From: Schmidtea polychroa
Lineage: Eukaryota
DNA: 64,000 bases
NCBI GenBank assembly: GCA_044892525.1
Contig: CM097885.1
Location: forward strand, 9,860,001-9,924,000
Direction: 5' to 3'
In this document: piece after piece, positions 63,836 to 64,000 of the stretch
How positions within the stretch are numbered: position 1 is the stretch's first letter
How the letters are laid out: every line of letters starts with the position of its first letter
Notes under the pieces: generated by a model
Seen by the model: only the letters and a program-made list of their open reading frames with translations
Database searches by the model: none
What the model was told of the DNA's origin: nothing
Made by a program: the position numbers and the translations under genes

Positions 63836-64000
63836 CTATTTTCATAAAATTTTTTATTTTTAAAACTTTCAAAACCTTAAGGTGATCAGGCGACCTAGAT
63901 CATTATGAATTAGGTAATCTGATATTCTTATAACATTAAATCCTTAAGACCAAGTAGTGAGGAATCTATGCACCCCGTTACCTTTTCTCGGAATTACTAA

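Larger units (their letters stand above)
49264..64000. mobile_element. Apparently intact Polinton/Maverick (adintovirus-like endogenous virus); right end beyond window
   Basis: AGTAGT terminus; left TIR 49264-~49560 mirrored from ~63927 to window end; full set of uninterrupted core genes. Confidence 0.96.

Overview
AT-rich eukaryotic DNA (GT-AG introns, many only 44-55 nt; long (AAT)n microsatellites). Two spliced paralogs of an MFS transporter gene (oxalate:formate antiporter-like) sit in a dense layer of mobile elements. The window is dominated by Polinton/Maverick (adintovirus-like) DNA. (i) An apparently intact ~15 kb element runs from 49264 past the window end, encoding pPolB, integrase fused to a parvovirus-type PLA2, packaging ATPase, adenain protease, and major and minor capsid proteins. 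It also carries three tRNA-like Pol III cassettes and a GC-rich, strongly self-complementary module. (ii) A 1.9 kb non-autonomous derivative (5968-7855, perfect 6-bp TSD) keeps that module and one tRNA-like cassette. (iii) A 14.7 kb gene-free giant palindrome (29602-44319) has Polinton-type AGTAG ends and a 6-bp TSD. (iv) There is a decayed pPolB fragment and a possible further element end carrying a TBP-like pseudogene. hAT, IS630/Tc1, pogo, MULE and Penelope remnants and MITEs fill the rest. All calls come from reading motifs by eye; no database searches were run.
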